Shown piece by piece: positions 48,306 to 58,203 of a stretch of DNA of 64,000 nt. Each line of letters starts with the position of its first letter. Position 1 is the first letter of the stretch. The stretch is from a virus. The translations under genes were made by a program, and so were the position numbers. The stretch lies in the IMG/VR virus record IMGVR_UViG_3300009181_007093; one strand, written 5' to 3'. Under the pieces are notes generated by a model. It did not search any database. It was given only the letters and a program-made list of their open reading frames with translations, and was not told the origin of the DNA.

Positions 48306-48848
48306 TTAGAATGCACTAAGCTGTCCAGAGCTTCCACCTAAAGGTTGAGAGCTTTGTGCGTTTGGATCTGAACTTATTGGGTTAGAAATGTCTGGTGTTT
48401 TTTCTATAACAGTTGGAGTCACCGGTGCAGCATACTGATCTTTTACGTTTTTTTCAACTCCAGTTGCATTTAATTCTTTTTCCTGAGCGGGTTTATTGGC
48501 GTCAGTACCAATTCTATTTACAGGTGATCCCATGTCTCCAATAAGCTTTTCAAGATTTGCTGTAACACCTGATATTGTTCCTTCCAAATCGCCTTTTTCT
48601 TTTATTGCTTTTATTAGCGATACGCCTATTTTTTGTAAAATCTTTAGGTACTTCTGATTTTCTTTTGGCCAATAGCTATGAAGTATGGTTCTAATTTGAT
48701 TTACTATACGTTCTGAAAATCTTGCCAAATCTCTTGTTCCCATATGTTTGACGTCAGAAAGTAATTCTTGTGCAGAAGTAAGTATATCTCCTATTTTTTC
48801 ACTTAAAAAAACTTTTTGTTCAACCAATACAAATTCTTTAAATTTCAT
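48306..48848 (-). CDS. hypothetical protein with capsid-targeting-like N-terminus
   Basis: MKFKEFVLVE; abuts RNR C-terminal gene. Confidence 0.7.
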   Translation of the reverse strand: MKFKEFVLVEQKVFLSEKIGDILTSAQELLSDVKHMGTRDLARFSERIVNQIRTILHSYWPKENQKYLKILQKIGVSLIKAIKEKGDLEGTISGVTANLEKLIGDMGSPVNRIGTDANKPAQEKELNATGVEKNVKDQYAAPVTPTVIEKTPDISNPISSDPNAQSSQPLGGSSGQLSAF

Positions 48849-49565
48849 TTATTTTTCTTTCTTAAAGTCTATTGGACAAGCACCGCCAGAGCATTCAACA
48901 TGTGCTTTGTCAACATCTTCTTTTAACAAAGAGGTTATATGTCGGACAAAATTCTCATATTCAGCTTTTGTAACGGATTCCTCTGGTAGGTATTCATAGC
49001 TGCTACGATCTTCTTGGGGCATTACAGAACAACATTTAACAAGACTTTGTTTTTCTCTCAATGTGTCTGAAAATGTTTTAAAATCAATATTATTTGGATT
49101 ATATTTCAAAGTATAGCTAATTTGGTTTCCAGTGTCTTTTTCTAGTAAGTTTCCTTTTTCATCAACACCATGAATCCAGTATTTTTCACCTAATTGAAGC
49201 CATGTGTACTGTTCTTCAGGAGTTGCTTCAGCAGCGGTTACTAATTTATCTTCCATTCCGAGTTCTGTAATAACCGGTGTTGTTGGAAATCCTATAATTA
49301 CAGTGTTCTGATAACTTTTTAGTTCTTTGTTTGGATATCCTGATTTCTCATACTTTTTAATAAGTGGATCAGATTTGCTAAATTGCACCCATCTCATATA
49401 CCATCTCATTGAAGGTAAGTGCCATCCTTCTGTAAGTCCAAAAAGTTTTGAGGTCGTATTATGAACAACTGATCCATTTGACATTTGATATGTATGAGTA
49501 TCTTCTACTTCTATATCAACAGTTATTTCTTTTTGGTCGCATTTTTTGATTGATTTTATTTTCAC
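48849..49565 (-). CDS. nrdJ: class II ribonucleotide reductase C-terminal fragment fused to split intein C-half
   Basis: 36-aa IntC ending VVHN then TTSKLFGLTEGWH; PEE, C-terminal CSGGACP. Confidence 0.88.
   Translation of the reverse strand: MKIKSIKKCDQKEITVDIEVEDTHTYQMSNGSVVHNTTSKLFGLTEGWHLPSMRWYMRWVQFSKSDPLIKKYEKSGYPNKELKSYQNTVIIGFPTTPVITELGMEDKLVTAAEATPEEQYTWLQLGEKYWIHGVDEKGNLLEKDTGNQISYTLKYNPNNIDFKTFSDTLREKQSLVKCCSVMPQEDRSSYEYLPEESVTKAEYENFVRHITSLLKEDVDKAHVECSGGACPIDFKKEK
49458..49565 (-). mobile_element. split intein C-fragment (36 aa, +1 Thr)
   Basis: MKIKSIKK..TVDIEVEDTHTY..NGSVVHN|T (blocks F and G). Confidence 0.9.
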
Positions 49566-49566
49566 T

Positions 49567-50802
49567 TTAATTTCCTTTTTCTATTTGAACTAATAATTTT
49601 TTAAAAGATAATTCTTTGTTTGCTTTCCATTCCGATTCCCAGACAATAAACACTTTATATCCTTTGGATAAAAAATATTCTTCTCTTAGCTTATCATAAT
49701 TTCTTATTTCTAATGATGTTTTGTCTAGCCATGGATTAGGTTTATCTAAGTCATCAAACTTATTTGGATTGGCATGGAATATATCTCCATAAAATTCAAC
49801 AATTACTTTATCTTCTAAAACAACAATATCTGGCTTGAAACACCTAACGCCCAAAATTTTCGAATCATCTATATTCAAACCAATTATAAAGTTATTCTCT
49901 CCATATTTAACATTTTTATTTTTAAAATGATTAACTATCATTTCTGCTAATTCAATTTCTGGACCGGATGCTTTAGATCGAATACTCTCAGTTCTTTTTA
50001 TTACCATTTCATGGTATAGTTTTGAACCTAAATCCCCATATAATTCTATGAATTTTTGCTCACTTAAAGTTTTTAGTTTACATATTTTTTCGTATTGTTC
50101 AGTGCCTTCTTTTACGCCTAATTTTTTAACATAATAATCCAAAGAACCCATTCCCATTCTGTTTTCTTTCCATAAATCATAAACAATTTTACCTTGTTCT
50201 TTTCCGAATCGAATTATACAATTTTCTACACCATGTCCTTTTGACTTGCAGTATTTTTCATAGTTAATAAGCCCTTTGTCTTCTCCGTATTTTTTAACAA
50301 AAAAGGATAAATTTCTAGATTGAATTAAAGATATAGCCTCTTTTGCTGATTCTTTTGAAAGTCCTTGAGCTAGCCAATATTCTAAACATTTAGAATTACT
50401 TTTTTTGTTTTTATTGATATATTCTTCGTACTTTTGAAGTCCCTCTTTTTTGCCATGCCTTGCAATAAAATTATCCAATGAGTTAATTGACTTAGAAGAA
50501 TGTTGTTTTTTAATTTGTAGAGCCATTTCAGTTCCAAATCTTGATTCTAAATTTCTAAATCCTACACTTAACTTGGAGTTCTTTTCTTTATATTTTATAG
50601 GACCATCAATATTACCGTATTTTTTAACATAATGCTCTAAATTTCCTTTTCCTTTAATATTTTGCATTCTATTTTCATATTTAATTTTACCTTCTTCTTC
50701 TCCATGTTTCCAAATATAACTCTCTAATGAGCCGCCTTTAAGCCAACGAGTAATTCCTTTTTCTTCTCCATAAACATCAACATATTCTTTTCTAGTTTTC
50801 AT
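49567..50802 (-). CDS. Vsr/DUF559-like homing endonuclease with KYG.E.G repeats, separating the split intein halves
   Basis: Repeated (K/R)(Y/F/H)G...G helices; ASGPE, PDIV, IVEFYGDIFHANP, KGYKVFIVWESEW. Confidence 0.82.
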   Translation of the reverse strand: MKTRKEYVDVYGEEKGITRWLKGGSLESYIWKHGEEEGKIKYENRMQNIKGKGNLEHYVKKYGNIDGPIKYKEKNSKLSVGFRNLESRFGTEMALQIKKQHSSKSINSLDNFIARHGKKEGLQKYEEYINKNKKSNSKCLEYWLAQGLSKESAKEAISLIQSRNLSFFVKKYGEDKGLINYEKYCKSKGHGVENCIIRFGKEQGKIVYDLWKENRMGMGSLDYYVKKLGVKEGTEQYEKICKLKTLSEQKFIELYGDLGSKLYHEMVIKRTESIRSKASGPEIELAEMIVNHFKNKNVKYGENNFIIGLNIDDSKILGVRCFKPDIVVLEDKVIVEFYGDIFHANPNKFDDLDKPNPWLDKTSLEIRNYDKLREEYFLSKGYKVFIVWESEWKANKELSFKKLLVQIEKGN

Positions 50803-50870
50803 TCATTTACTTTCATATACAAGGCATTCAACGCTTTATATTATATACACTATTAAACCTAAAAATTGGC

Positions 50871-51203
50871 TTAATAGTCAAAAGAGATAATATCGTCAGA
50901 TTCTAATAATTCATCAACTCTAACCCAATCTCTATTGGATGTCAATAATTGATGGTTACCAGTAAATTTATACACGTTGCCATCCTCAAATTCTATTTCA
51001 AATACTTCTTTAACTCCATTGCAATACAATTTGGTTATCAATTTTTCTTCATTATTTTTGTCTTTAATTTTTATTTCTTTATCAACTTCAAACCATGAAT
51101 TTTCGACCATATTTTCAACGTCTATACTAAAAATATCATTAAATAGATATTTGAAAGAAATGATGCCTAAATTAGTTTTAATTTCATTGTTTAAAGAATT
51201 ACA
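50871..51203 (-). mobile_element. split intein N-fragment (110 aa)
   Basis: Begins CNSLNNEIKT after KPAG; NG.KEVFEI.FEDG..KFTGNHQLLT..W..V.EL...D.I then stop. Confidence 0.9.
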
Positions 51204-53756
51204 TCCAGCAGGCTTAATTGTGGTATCAGAATGAGGAACATTTACACCAATTTTCTTTGAGTATTCTCTGGCTTCCTCTTGCACAGCTCTTTTGAATCGT
51301 GCCATCGTCATCCAGAAATCTTTTGATTTTTCTTCATCTATAAGATCTTTAAATCCAAGCTTAAAAAACTTCCATGCAAATTCATGAATTCCAGTTATTC
51401 CAACGCCGATTCTATTGGTTCTTTTAACTTCTTTTTTATAAACACTATCCATTGTGTTTACTCTAATCAAAGCTCTTGTGACACATCTAAATGCATCTTC
51501 AGCTTCTTCCAAAGTTTCAGCATGATAAGGCACTACATCGGCAATAGTGCAAAAAGCACCCCATATGGCAATTGAAATTTCACCACAATTATGTGCAAGG
51601 ATTCCGTTTGCATCAAAACAATGAACTTCGTCAACAATACAATCGTAAACTGGTTCTACTGTCAATTTTTCTATAGACGCAATTCGGGCAGTAAACCTTT
51701 CCTTATGTGGATTTCTCTTAGAAGATCGTATGCACTCTTCTAGTATTTTCATTTTCTTTACTTCTGAAAATCCAATTTTTCCAAAAAATAATTCAATATT
51801 ATTTTTTGAAATCACTAAATCATGTATCGCTAAACATTTGTATTTTTTCTCTCCATTTGGCATCTTTTTTATGCAAGATTCTTTTCTGCTCTTGTATATT
51901 GTAGAAACTATTCCTAAACGAGATAGCATTCTTTGTACGACGTGCAGCCTATCTAGATTAACTTGTGATAATCTTACACTTATTCCTTTGTCTATTTTAG
52001 AACAGACAGCACCATCTGCATCAAAAATTCCCCTAATAAATCCTCTGTAAAATTCACTACTAGTTTTTTCTAATCTATCAGTCAAGTTCTTACTTACAGG
52101 TTCAATTCTCCCTTCTTCGAGCCACCCGTGAGAAAATGTACCTTCACCTTCCCAAGAATTGTTTTCTTGATTTGTAAGTACAATTTTTTCTCCAACCTTA
52201 ATATCTTTTAGTTCTTTCCATTCTTTTTCTATTTTGTAATCACCATTGAGCTTTCTTTTTCTTGAGTTTTCTACCATCAATTTATGGTTGTCTGTTATCT
52301 TAATTTTATAACCCCGATCAGTAGTTACTTCATAGACAACTTTGTCCCCAGTTTTAAAGAACCCAGTTGAAAGGTAGGATTTACCATTAACAGTTGCATA
52401 AAAAGGTTTATTTATAAGTTCTTCAACTTGTCTTGGACCTTCTTTTGTTGTAATCCATGTATCTTTTGAAACACATGGGTTAGTTATCATAAAGTTTTGT
52501 TTTTTTATGGCTTTTTTCAACAATCTGTTTATGTAGAGTGCTGTGTCTTCTTGAAGTGCATACTTTTTACTTCCAACTAAATCGTCACTTTCCTTAATTA
52601 GTTTTTCTGTTCCGATCCTGTCCTGGTTTAGTTTATCAACGTTTATAAATCCTGGTTCTCCGGTTCCGTCGCCATACGAAGCGGAAGCAGTAAGCTTGTA
52701 TACGTTTCTGGCGTGTTTCGTAATGTCTTCATTATATTCTTCAGATCCTTTTTTTACATTAAGCAATCTCCAGAATTCACTATCAACAGCTATGCTGTTA
52801 TTTGATGACCATAAAAACCCCATTGGGCTTATATTCTTTCTTAATTCAGTTATTTCATCGACACTTTTACCTGTAAATTCTATTGGTCTTTTTATTGTGA
52901 TAAATTCTAATATTGTTTTATCGCGCCAATTTTTTGTTGACATTCTTGCTGCTCTTCTTGCACCTCCGACAAGAACGCATTCTGCAAAATAGTGATCGAT
53001 ATATATTGTCTGCATCCAACGAGGCAAACCAGTTGCCTTCATTGTTGCGGACTTATTAAAGGCATTCATTAATGGCACAGGACCGCTTGCTGGTCTACGT
53101 TGCATTCCATTAATAGGAGATCCTTTTGCTCTTACATTTGAAAAATCTAGTATGAACAATTTGTCTTTGTGTATTTTTTCAAAAGCTGCGTTTTCCCATA
53201 TTTCTAGTGCTTTTGCCCAGCCTTCTCTTGTATCTTCTACAGTGTGCCACAGCACATCTTTTCCATTGCCGTATTTATGCTGTGCATCACGAACAGACTC
53301 ATGGGCGGAAAAATCAAAATTGGAATGTTCTTCACTTAAAACGCAACGCAGAGCAGGTGCATTATCCCAATCTACGAGCATCATGTCATCATCATACGCC
53401 CGTCCTACCCCAGATCCATTCATTAAAAGGTAAAACAGCATAAAACTCGTACTAGAAGTTGCACAATTTGTGTAAATTTCTAAATTTCTAGTAGGTTGAG
53501 TTTCGTCTCCATGCTGTAAGTGCCTACCACTCATTAGTGTTGTCGCACTCAAAAGATGTTTGTGTAGTGCTTTATATTCTTCTTCTTGTTCCTCTTTACT
53601 GCGACATAGCATCGAGTTTCCAAGTGCAACTCGATGAGCAACATCTGCCCAGTTTTCCCATTTTCCATCAGGTTTTTTTCTTAATATAGTTCTTTCCGCG
53701 ACTGCCTGTCCCATTCCTGCATGGAAGTTTTTCTGCTTGCTGTGTTGCTTTGACAT
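50871..53756 (-). CDS. nrdJ: class II ribonucleotide reductase N-terminal fragment with cis intein and split intein N-half
   Basis: SGRHL, NC, GSGVG, ASGP, GGARRAA, GEPGF, TNP|intein|CGEI, RIGVGITG, TTIKPAG|IntN. Confidence 0.9.
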   Translation of the reverse strand: MSKQHSKQKNFHAGMGQAVAERTILRKKPDGKWENWADVAHRVALGNSMLCRSKEEQEEEYKALHKHLLSATTLMSGRHLQHGDETQPTRNLEIYTNCATSSTSFMLFYLLMNGSGVGRAYDDDMMLVDWDNAPALRCVLSEEHSNFDFSAHESVRDAQHKYGNGKDVLWHTVEDTREGWAKALEIWENAAFEKIHKDKLFILDFSNVRAKGSPINGMQRRPASGPVPLMNAFNKSATMKATGLPRWMQTIYIDHYFAECVLVGGARRAARMSTKNWRDKTILEFITIKRPIEFTGKSVDEITELRKNISPMGFLWSSNNSIAVDSEFWRLLNVKKGSEEYNEDITKHARNVYKLTASASYGDGTGEPGFINVDKLNQDRIGTEKLIKESDDLVGSKKYALQEDTALYINRLLKKAIKKQNFMITNPCVSKDTWITTKEGPRQVEELINKPFYATVNGKSYLSTGFFKTGDKVVYEVTTDRGYKIKITDNHKLMVENSRKRKLNGDYKIEKEWKELKDIKVGEKIVLTNQENNSWEGEGTFSHGWLEEGRIEPVSKNLTDRLEKTSSEFYRGFIRGIFDADGAVCSKIDKGISVRLSQVNLDRLHVVQRMLSRLGIVSTIYKSRKESCIKKMPNGEKKYKCLAIHDLVISKNNIELFFGKIGFSEVKKMKILEECIRSSKRNPHKERFTARIASIEKLTVEPVYDCIVDEVHCFDANGILAHNCGEISIAIWGAFCTIADVVPYHAETLEEAEDAFRCVTRALIRVNTMDSVYKKEVKRTNRIGVGITGIHEFAWKFFKLGFKDLIDEEKSKDFWMTMARFKRAVQEEAREYSKKIGVNVPHSDTTIKPAGCNSLNNEIKTNLGIISFKYLFNDIFSIDVENMVENSWFEVDKEIKIKDKNNEEKLITKLYCNGVKEVFEIEFEDGNVYKFTGNHQLLTSNRDWVRVDELLESDDIISFDY
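51588..52475 (-). mobile_element. cis intein (296 aa) at the RNR NP|CGE thiyl-radical site, with truncated LAGLIDADG
   Basis: CVSKDTWITT, ITDNH, FIRGIFDADG, VYD..ANGILAHN|C. Confidence 0.92.
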
Positions 53757-53846
53757 TTTTGCCTTCTGGGTTGTTGTATGTGTGTGAAGTTCTATCTAAT
53801 GCTATGGGCTTCAAAAATTATTTAATTTATTTTTCATGTAGTTATT

Positions 53847-55883
53847 CTAGGTTTTTTTTGTAAATCCATTTTCATGAATTAAATTTATTCTAGAAGCTCC
53901 TGTTAGCATTTGTATTAGATTTTGGTCGTGCGTTGTAATGAAAATTTGTTTATTTTCTGATAATTCTCTAATCATATTATATATTCCTTGTACACCGAGC
54001 TGATCGACATTTGTAGTCACTTCATCTAAAAAAATCAAGCTAGGAATAGCATCTGAACTTATTTCCGTTATGTATGCAAAAGAGTGTCCTACTGCCAAGT
54101 TTAATCTTCTTCTTTGTCCTGTGCTCATTGCATAATAAATATATGGATCTCCATCTGCTGGATTTCTTTCAATTTTTTCTTGTAATTCATTATTGAACGA
54201 CAACGTTATCATATTATCGATCAGAAAATGTAGCCAGTAGTTTATTCTTTTGTTAAGATCTGGAATGATTCCATCTATTATCCATTTTCTTATACCTTGC
54301 TCACCAAATCCTGAAATCCAATAATCAAAGTATGGAATTTCTTTTTCTAGATTTTTTATACTTTTTTCTTTTAGTTTAACAATTCCATTTATTTTATTAA
54401 GTTCTTCCTGATCATTTTTTATAATTTCTTCAAAAGGAGACGCAGATTTCTGTTCTTCTTTTTTTGAATTGAGTTGATTTTTTAAATTTTCTATTTTTTG
54501 TTGTATTAAAAGTTCGTCACTTTCTGCTTTTGGCTCTTTTATTTGACTTAATTGCGTAAAATTTATTCTTAGTTTATTAGAGCCAGAGTCTAAATCCTTT
54601 ATTTTTGTTTCTAGCTGTGTGCGTATTTTTTTTAGTTTTTCTTGTTTGTCTTTCAGACCAGAAGATTCTAAATCAAAACCTTTTTTTGCTATTAAGTCAA
54701 CTTTTATAAGTTCATTAATGCTTTCTATTTCTTTTTGTATTTTTTTTACATATTCATCAATATTTTTAGATTCCACTACGCTTTTACATTGGTTGCATAC
54801 AGTTCCTTCTACTTCTTTTTCTAAATCTTCTACTTCTTTTTGTTTTTTATTTTTTTCTTCTATTCTGTACTTTGCTTCTCTTGAAAAATCTCTAAATCTT
54901 TCGGTAAAAGACTGGGAACTTTCTTTTTGCAATGATTCTTTTTCTTCAACCAAAGCCAGTTTGCTAAGATATTCTTTCTTGTCTTTTTCTATTTTGGGTA
55001 TTTTTTCGTTTATATCTTTTATACAGTCTTGTGCCTCTTGATACAAAACAAGAGCTTCGCCGGAATTAGACGTTTTAAGATGTATTTTATTTGCTTCTAT
55101 TTTTTCTTCTATTTCTTTTTGTTCTTTTTTCTTTTGTTCTATCCAAAGCTGTTTTTTATTTTCTGTTAAAAGCAATCTTTTTTCTGCATCTTCTTTATTA
55201 ACATAAAGTATGGAATATTCTTTTGTTTGAAGATCTAGTTTATTTTTTGTTTCTTTTTTTAAAGTTTTAGCATTTTCAAACCATTCTCTGTATACACCGA
55301 GAGACATTAAGTTTTCTACAATTTCTCTTTTGGTGTTTTTATCGCACTCCAAGAAGCAGGATCTTTGGTCATCGGTAAAAATACATATATTGATAAATCC
55401 TTCATATGAGAGACCAACTATTTCATCTATTTTTTTTTGTGTGGCAGACATACTTCCTAATGTAATTTCTGTTGTGTCATCCCACTTTCCTTCTTCGCTT
55501 TCCCACAGCCTTAAGCTGTTTTTATTTTTTTTGCCTCCTTCTACTCTCGTTCTTACAACTTTGTATTTGTCAAACTCCAGAACACATTTGCAGTCTTTTC
55601 CTATTTTGTTGTGTACTACATCATCTACATTAATTTTTTCTGGTCTTTTGATAGTTTTTCCGTATAAAGAAAAAACTATTATTTCTTGAATGCTGCTTTT
55701 TCCTGTGCCATTGCTGCTTACCTTGGAATCGCTTGGCATTAAATCGTCTGTTGGCTTAGCGTCTTTGTTTACGCCTTCTATAAGAACAATATTCCCATAG
55801 TCCTTGAAGTTTATTTCTATTCCTTCTGGACCAAACGGCAAAAAGTTCCAAGCACTTGCTGACTTGAAAACCAAATTACGCAT
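53847..55883 (-). CDS. sbcC: SbcC/Rad50/T4 gp46-like ATPase
   Basis: NFL.FG, NGTGKSS, coiled coil with CNQC hook, MSTGQRRR signature, FLDE, ITTH. Confidence 0.92.
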   Translation of the reverse strand: MRNLVFKSASAWNFLPFGPEGIEINFKDYGNIVLIEGVNKDAKPTDDLMPSDSKVSSNGTGKSSIQEIIVFSLYGKTIKRPEKINVDDVVHNKIGKDCKCVLEFDKYKVVRTRVEGGKKNKNSLRLWESEEGKWDDTTEITLGSMSATQKKIDEIVGLSYEGFINICIFTDDQRSCFLECDKNTKREIVENLMSLGVYREWFENAKTLKKETKNKLDLQTKEYSILYVNKEDAEKRLLLTENKKQLWIEQKKKEQKEIEEKIEANKIHLKTSNSGEALVLYQEAQDCIKDINEKIPKIEKDKKEYLSKLALVEEKESLQKESSQSFTERFRDFSREAKYRIEEKNKKQKEVEDLEKEVEGTVCNQCKSVVESKNIDEYVKKIQKEIESINELIKVDLIAKKGFDLESSGLKDKQEKLKKIRTQLETKIKDLDSGSNKLRINFTQLSQIKEPKAESDELLIQQKIENLKNQLNSKKEEQKSASPFEEIIKNDQEELNKINGIVKLKEKSIKNLEKEIPYFDYWISGFGEQGIRKWIIDGIIPDLNKRINYWLHFLIDNMITLSFNNELQEKIERNPADGDPYIYYAMSTGQRRRLNLAVGHSFAYITEISSDAIPSLIFLDEVTTNVDQLGVQGIYNMIRELSENKQIFITTHDQNLIQMLTGASRINLIHENGFTKKT

Positions 55884-56632
55884 TAATTTCTCTTTTTATT
55901 CTTGTTTTTGCTTTTTTTGTTTGAAACTAATCTTCGTGATGATATTGTCTGTTTTTCTATAAAGTCTACATATTCTGCTTTATATTTTTCGTCAAATAAG
56001 ATGTTTTTATTCTTAAGAATATCTTTTAAAGGACCAGATGGATGAATAACTTTTTGGATAACACCGTTAACTTCAATAGACTTTTTTATATTAAGAACTT
56101 TGTGGATTTCTGTAAAGTTCCACGTATTGTCCACAAGTGTTACTAAGTTAGAAAAATCCAATAGCAATGAATTGAATATTGAGTAATGACTTACAACATC
56201 GTGCCCTAATCGAATAAAATTCTCTATATCTTTTATGAAACTCCATTGGTAAAAAGGAGCTGCTAAAAAGCCGTGGTTGTGATTATTAGATATGATAAAT
56301 TTATCTGAAATTATTTCAAATATTTCATCTATGCTTTCTTGGAAATACACATCAGCATCCCAGTATACGTAATTTCCACTATAATCTTTTGCATAGTTTG
56401 CTATTGCATCTATTGTTTTGGTTCTAACGTCAGGAAGTTCGGGATTTGAATTTAGGAAAAATACATTTTTTGAGATAAGTTTGTTTTTTGTAAAATCCGA
56501 TAAACCACAATCTACAACGAAAACATTTCCTTCATACTTTGCTTTTTCTCGCAAGGAAAGTATCCATGATGAACCCCATCTTGGCCAATAGGACTCATCG
56601 AATCCAGTTATGATAAAATTTTCTTTACTCAT
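55883..56632 (-). CDS. GT-A fold glycosyltransferase-like protein
   Basis: ITGFDESY, VVDCGLS, YWDADVYFQ (DxD), WN, IH. Confidence 0.6.
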   Translation of the reverse strand: MSKENFIITGFDESYWPRWGSSWILSLREKAKYEGNVFVVDCGLSDFTKNKLISKNVFFLNSNPELPDVRTKTIDAIANYAKDYSGNYVYWDADVYFQESIDEIFEIISDKFIISNNHNHGFLAAPFYQWSFIKDIENFIRLGHDVVSHYSIFNSLLLDFSNLVTLVDNTWNFTEIHKVLNIKKSIEVNGVIQKVIHPSGPLKDILKNKNILFDEKYKAEYVDFIEKQTISSRRLVSNKKSKNKNKKRN

Positions 56633-57683
56633 TGGTTTCTGCTCCTTTGCATATTTTTTTGCCTATGCTTATTAAAGTATCTCTTTCTAAATTATTAAGA
56701 CCAACTTCATCAACATATTTCGACAACATTTCTTCTCCATTCAAAAGTATTGCTTTTGCATCGTTAATGATATGTTCTTTAATGTCTGGCTTTTGTTGTT
56801 TGATTTCTAAGCTTCCTAGCTTATTCTTTTGAAGCATATCGTTTTTAAGGGTAACTAAGTCTGTGCTTCCTATGTCTTTAACTTTTATTTGTATAAAGTT
56901 TCCTTCTAAATCATATTTTTCACATTCTTTTTCATTGATAATCAAGTGTTTAGGAGAAAAATTATTTTCTATGTAAGTTTTTTTATTTTTTGTGCCGTCA
57001 AACATTATTATATGTTTTTTTTGAAAAGCTTCTCCAAAACTAAGCTGCAAAGGAGATCCAATATATTCTACTTTTTTTGTTACTTTTTGTTCTGCATGAT
57101 AATGACCTAAAAATGTATGTTTGTAATCTTCAAACAGGGCAGCATTTACCGTAACCATATCGCCATCATGCTCTATGCATACATCGGAATATTGATCCAT
57201 ATGAAGTTTTGCTCCATCAATAGCCAAATGACCTAAAGCATACTCTTGAATGCCTTCTTGCCCTTTTAATTGATTTAAAGAGTTTATTGGATTGTGCGTA
57301 AATGGAATAAAATCCCAATAACTATCTTCTATTTTTATTCTTTCTGGCTTTGCAATAACACGAAGTCCAGGCAAGGAAGACAAAGGAAATACACTGCTAA
57401 TACTTGTGTTGTCATTAAACCATATGTCATGATTTCCAAGTAATAAAAATAAATTAATTCCGGAATCTGTGAGATTTTCTCGTAGTACTTCAAACGTTTT
57501 TTGATATGTGTAGACTTCTATTTTTTGTCGATCATGGTAAAAATCGCCACCAAAAAGTATGTTTTTAATTCCCTCGTCTCGAGCAGTTTTAAAAACCCAT
57601 CTCAATACTTCCAAACAATCTTCTAGACGTTCGTTTTTACGCTTATGTGGGAAAATATGAAGATCAGAAAAAAGTAATATCAT
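56625..57683 (-). CDS. sbcD: SbcD/Mre11/T4 gp47-like nuclease
   Basis: FSDLH, GGDFYH, GNHD, LGHYH, YIGSP. Confidence 0.92.
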   Translation of the reverse strand: MILLFSDLHIFPHKRKNERLEDCLEVLRWVFKTARDEGIKNILFGGDFYHDRQKIEVYTYQKTFEVLRENLTDSGINLFLLLGNHDIWFNDNTSISSVFPLSSLPGLRVIAKPERIKIEDSYWDFIPFTHNPINSLNQLKGQEGIQEYALGHLAIDGAKLHMDQYSDVCIEHDGDMVTVNAALFEDYKHTFLGHYHAEQKVTKKVEYIGSPLQLSFGEAFQKKHIIMFDGTKNKKTYIENNFSPKHLIINEKECEKYDLEGNFIQIKVKDIGSTDLVTLKNDMLQKNKLGSLEIKQQKPDIKEHIINDAKAILLNGEEMLSKYVDEVGLNNLERDTLISIGKKICKGAETNE

Positions 57684-57835
57684 CAGTTTTGTTCTTGTTT
57701 AAATTTAATTTTTTTCATTAAATACGAAACCGGAGCGTATGTGGCAGAAAAAGAAACGAATAAATCTAAAAGGTCAAAATGAGAATGACTACAAAAACAA
57801 AACCCAAAAAAATGTAAAATAAAATTGTATATCAT
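57683..57835 (-). CDS. small hypothetical protein (50 aa), not in ORF track
   Basis: MIYNFILHFFGFCFCSHSHFDLLD..; TGATG overlap with sbcD start. Confidence 0.45.
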   Translation of the reverse strand: MIYNFILHFFGFCFCSHSHFDLLDLFVSFSATYAPVSYLMKKIKFKQEQN

Positions 57836-57890
57836 GCTTTTTCTCTTTTATATTTTTAACAAAAGAATCATGTTTGCACAATATCAAATT

Positions 57891-57916
57891 AAAAAAAAAG
57901 CAGGCTTAAAGCCTGC
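57891..57916 (-). terminator. Rho-independent terminator
   Basis: gcaggct-tta-agcctgc followed by T9 on minus strand. Confidence 0.8.
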
Positions 57917-58140
57917 CTCTGATTCATTCTGCTCGTGATTGCTTTTTTTGGAATTGAAACCTTTGGTTTAATAAATTACAAAAAATTACATCATTCGCTG
58001 TTTCGGCTACTAATTACACAAATTCGATCAAAAGCAACCTAAACCTACCAAATTATTTTGGGATCAGACTTACAACATCCTTGATGTAAAAAAGGTGCTT
58101 TTCTTTTGAGAATCCATCTCTTTTCAACTCTTTTTCTTTC
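57891..58140 (-). ncRNA. candidate small RNA
   Basis: TATATA promoter near 58146-58151, internal stems, terminator at 57891-57916, no sizeable ORF. Confidence 0.4.
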
Positions 58141-58203
58141 AATAATATATATTCAATTGAAAAAAAATTAAATTGTAAATCGCAAAAAACAAACATTAAA
58201 AGA

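Noticed and set aside
48849-53756. Group I intron explanation for the split nrdJ
   Set aside because: Gaps between ORFs are only 1 and 68 nt, leaving no room for a ribozyme core, and both fragments carry clear intein halves
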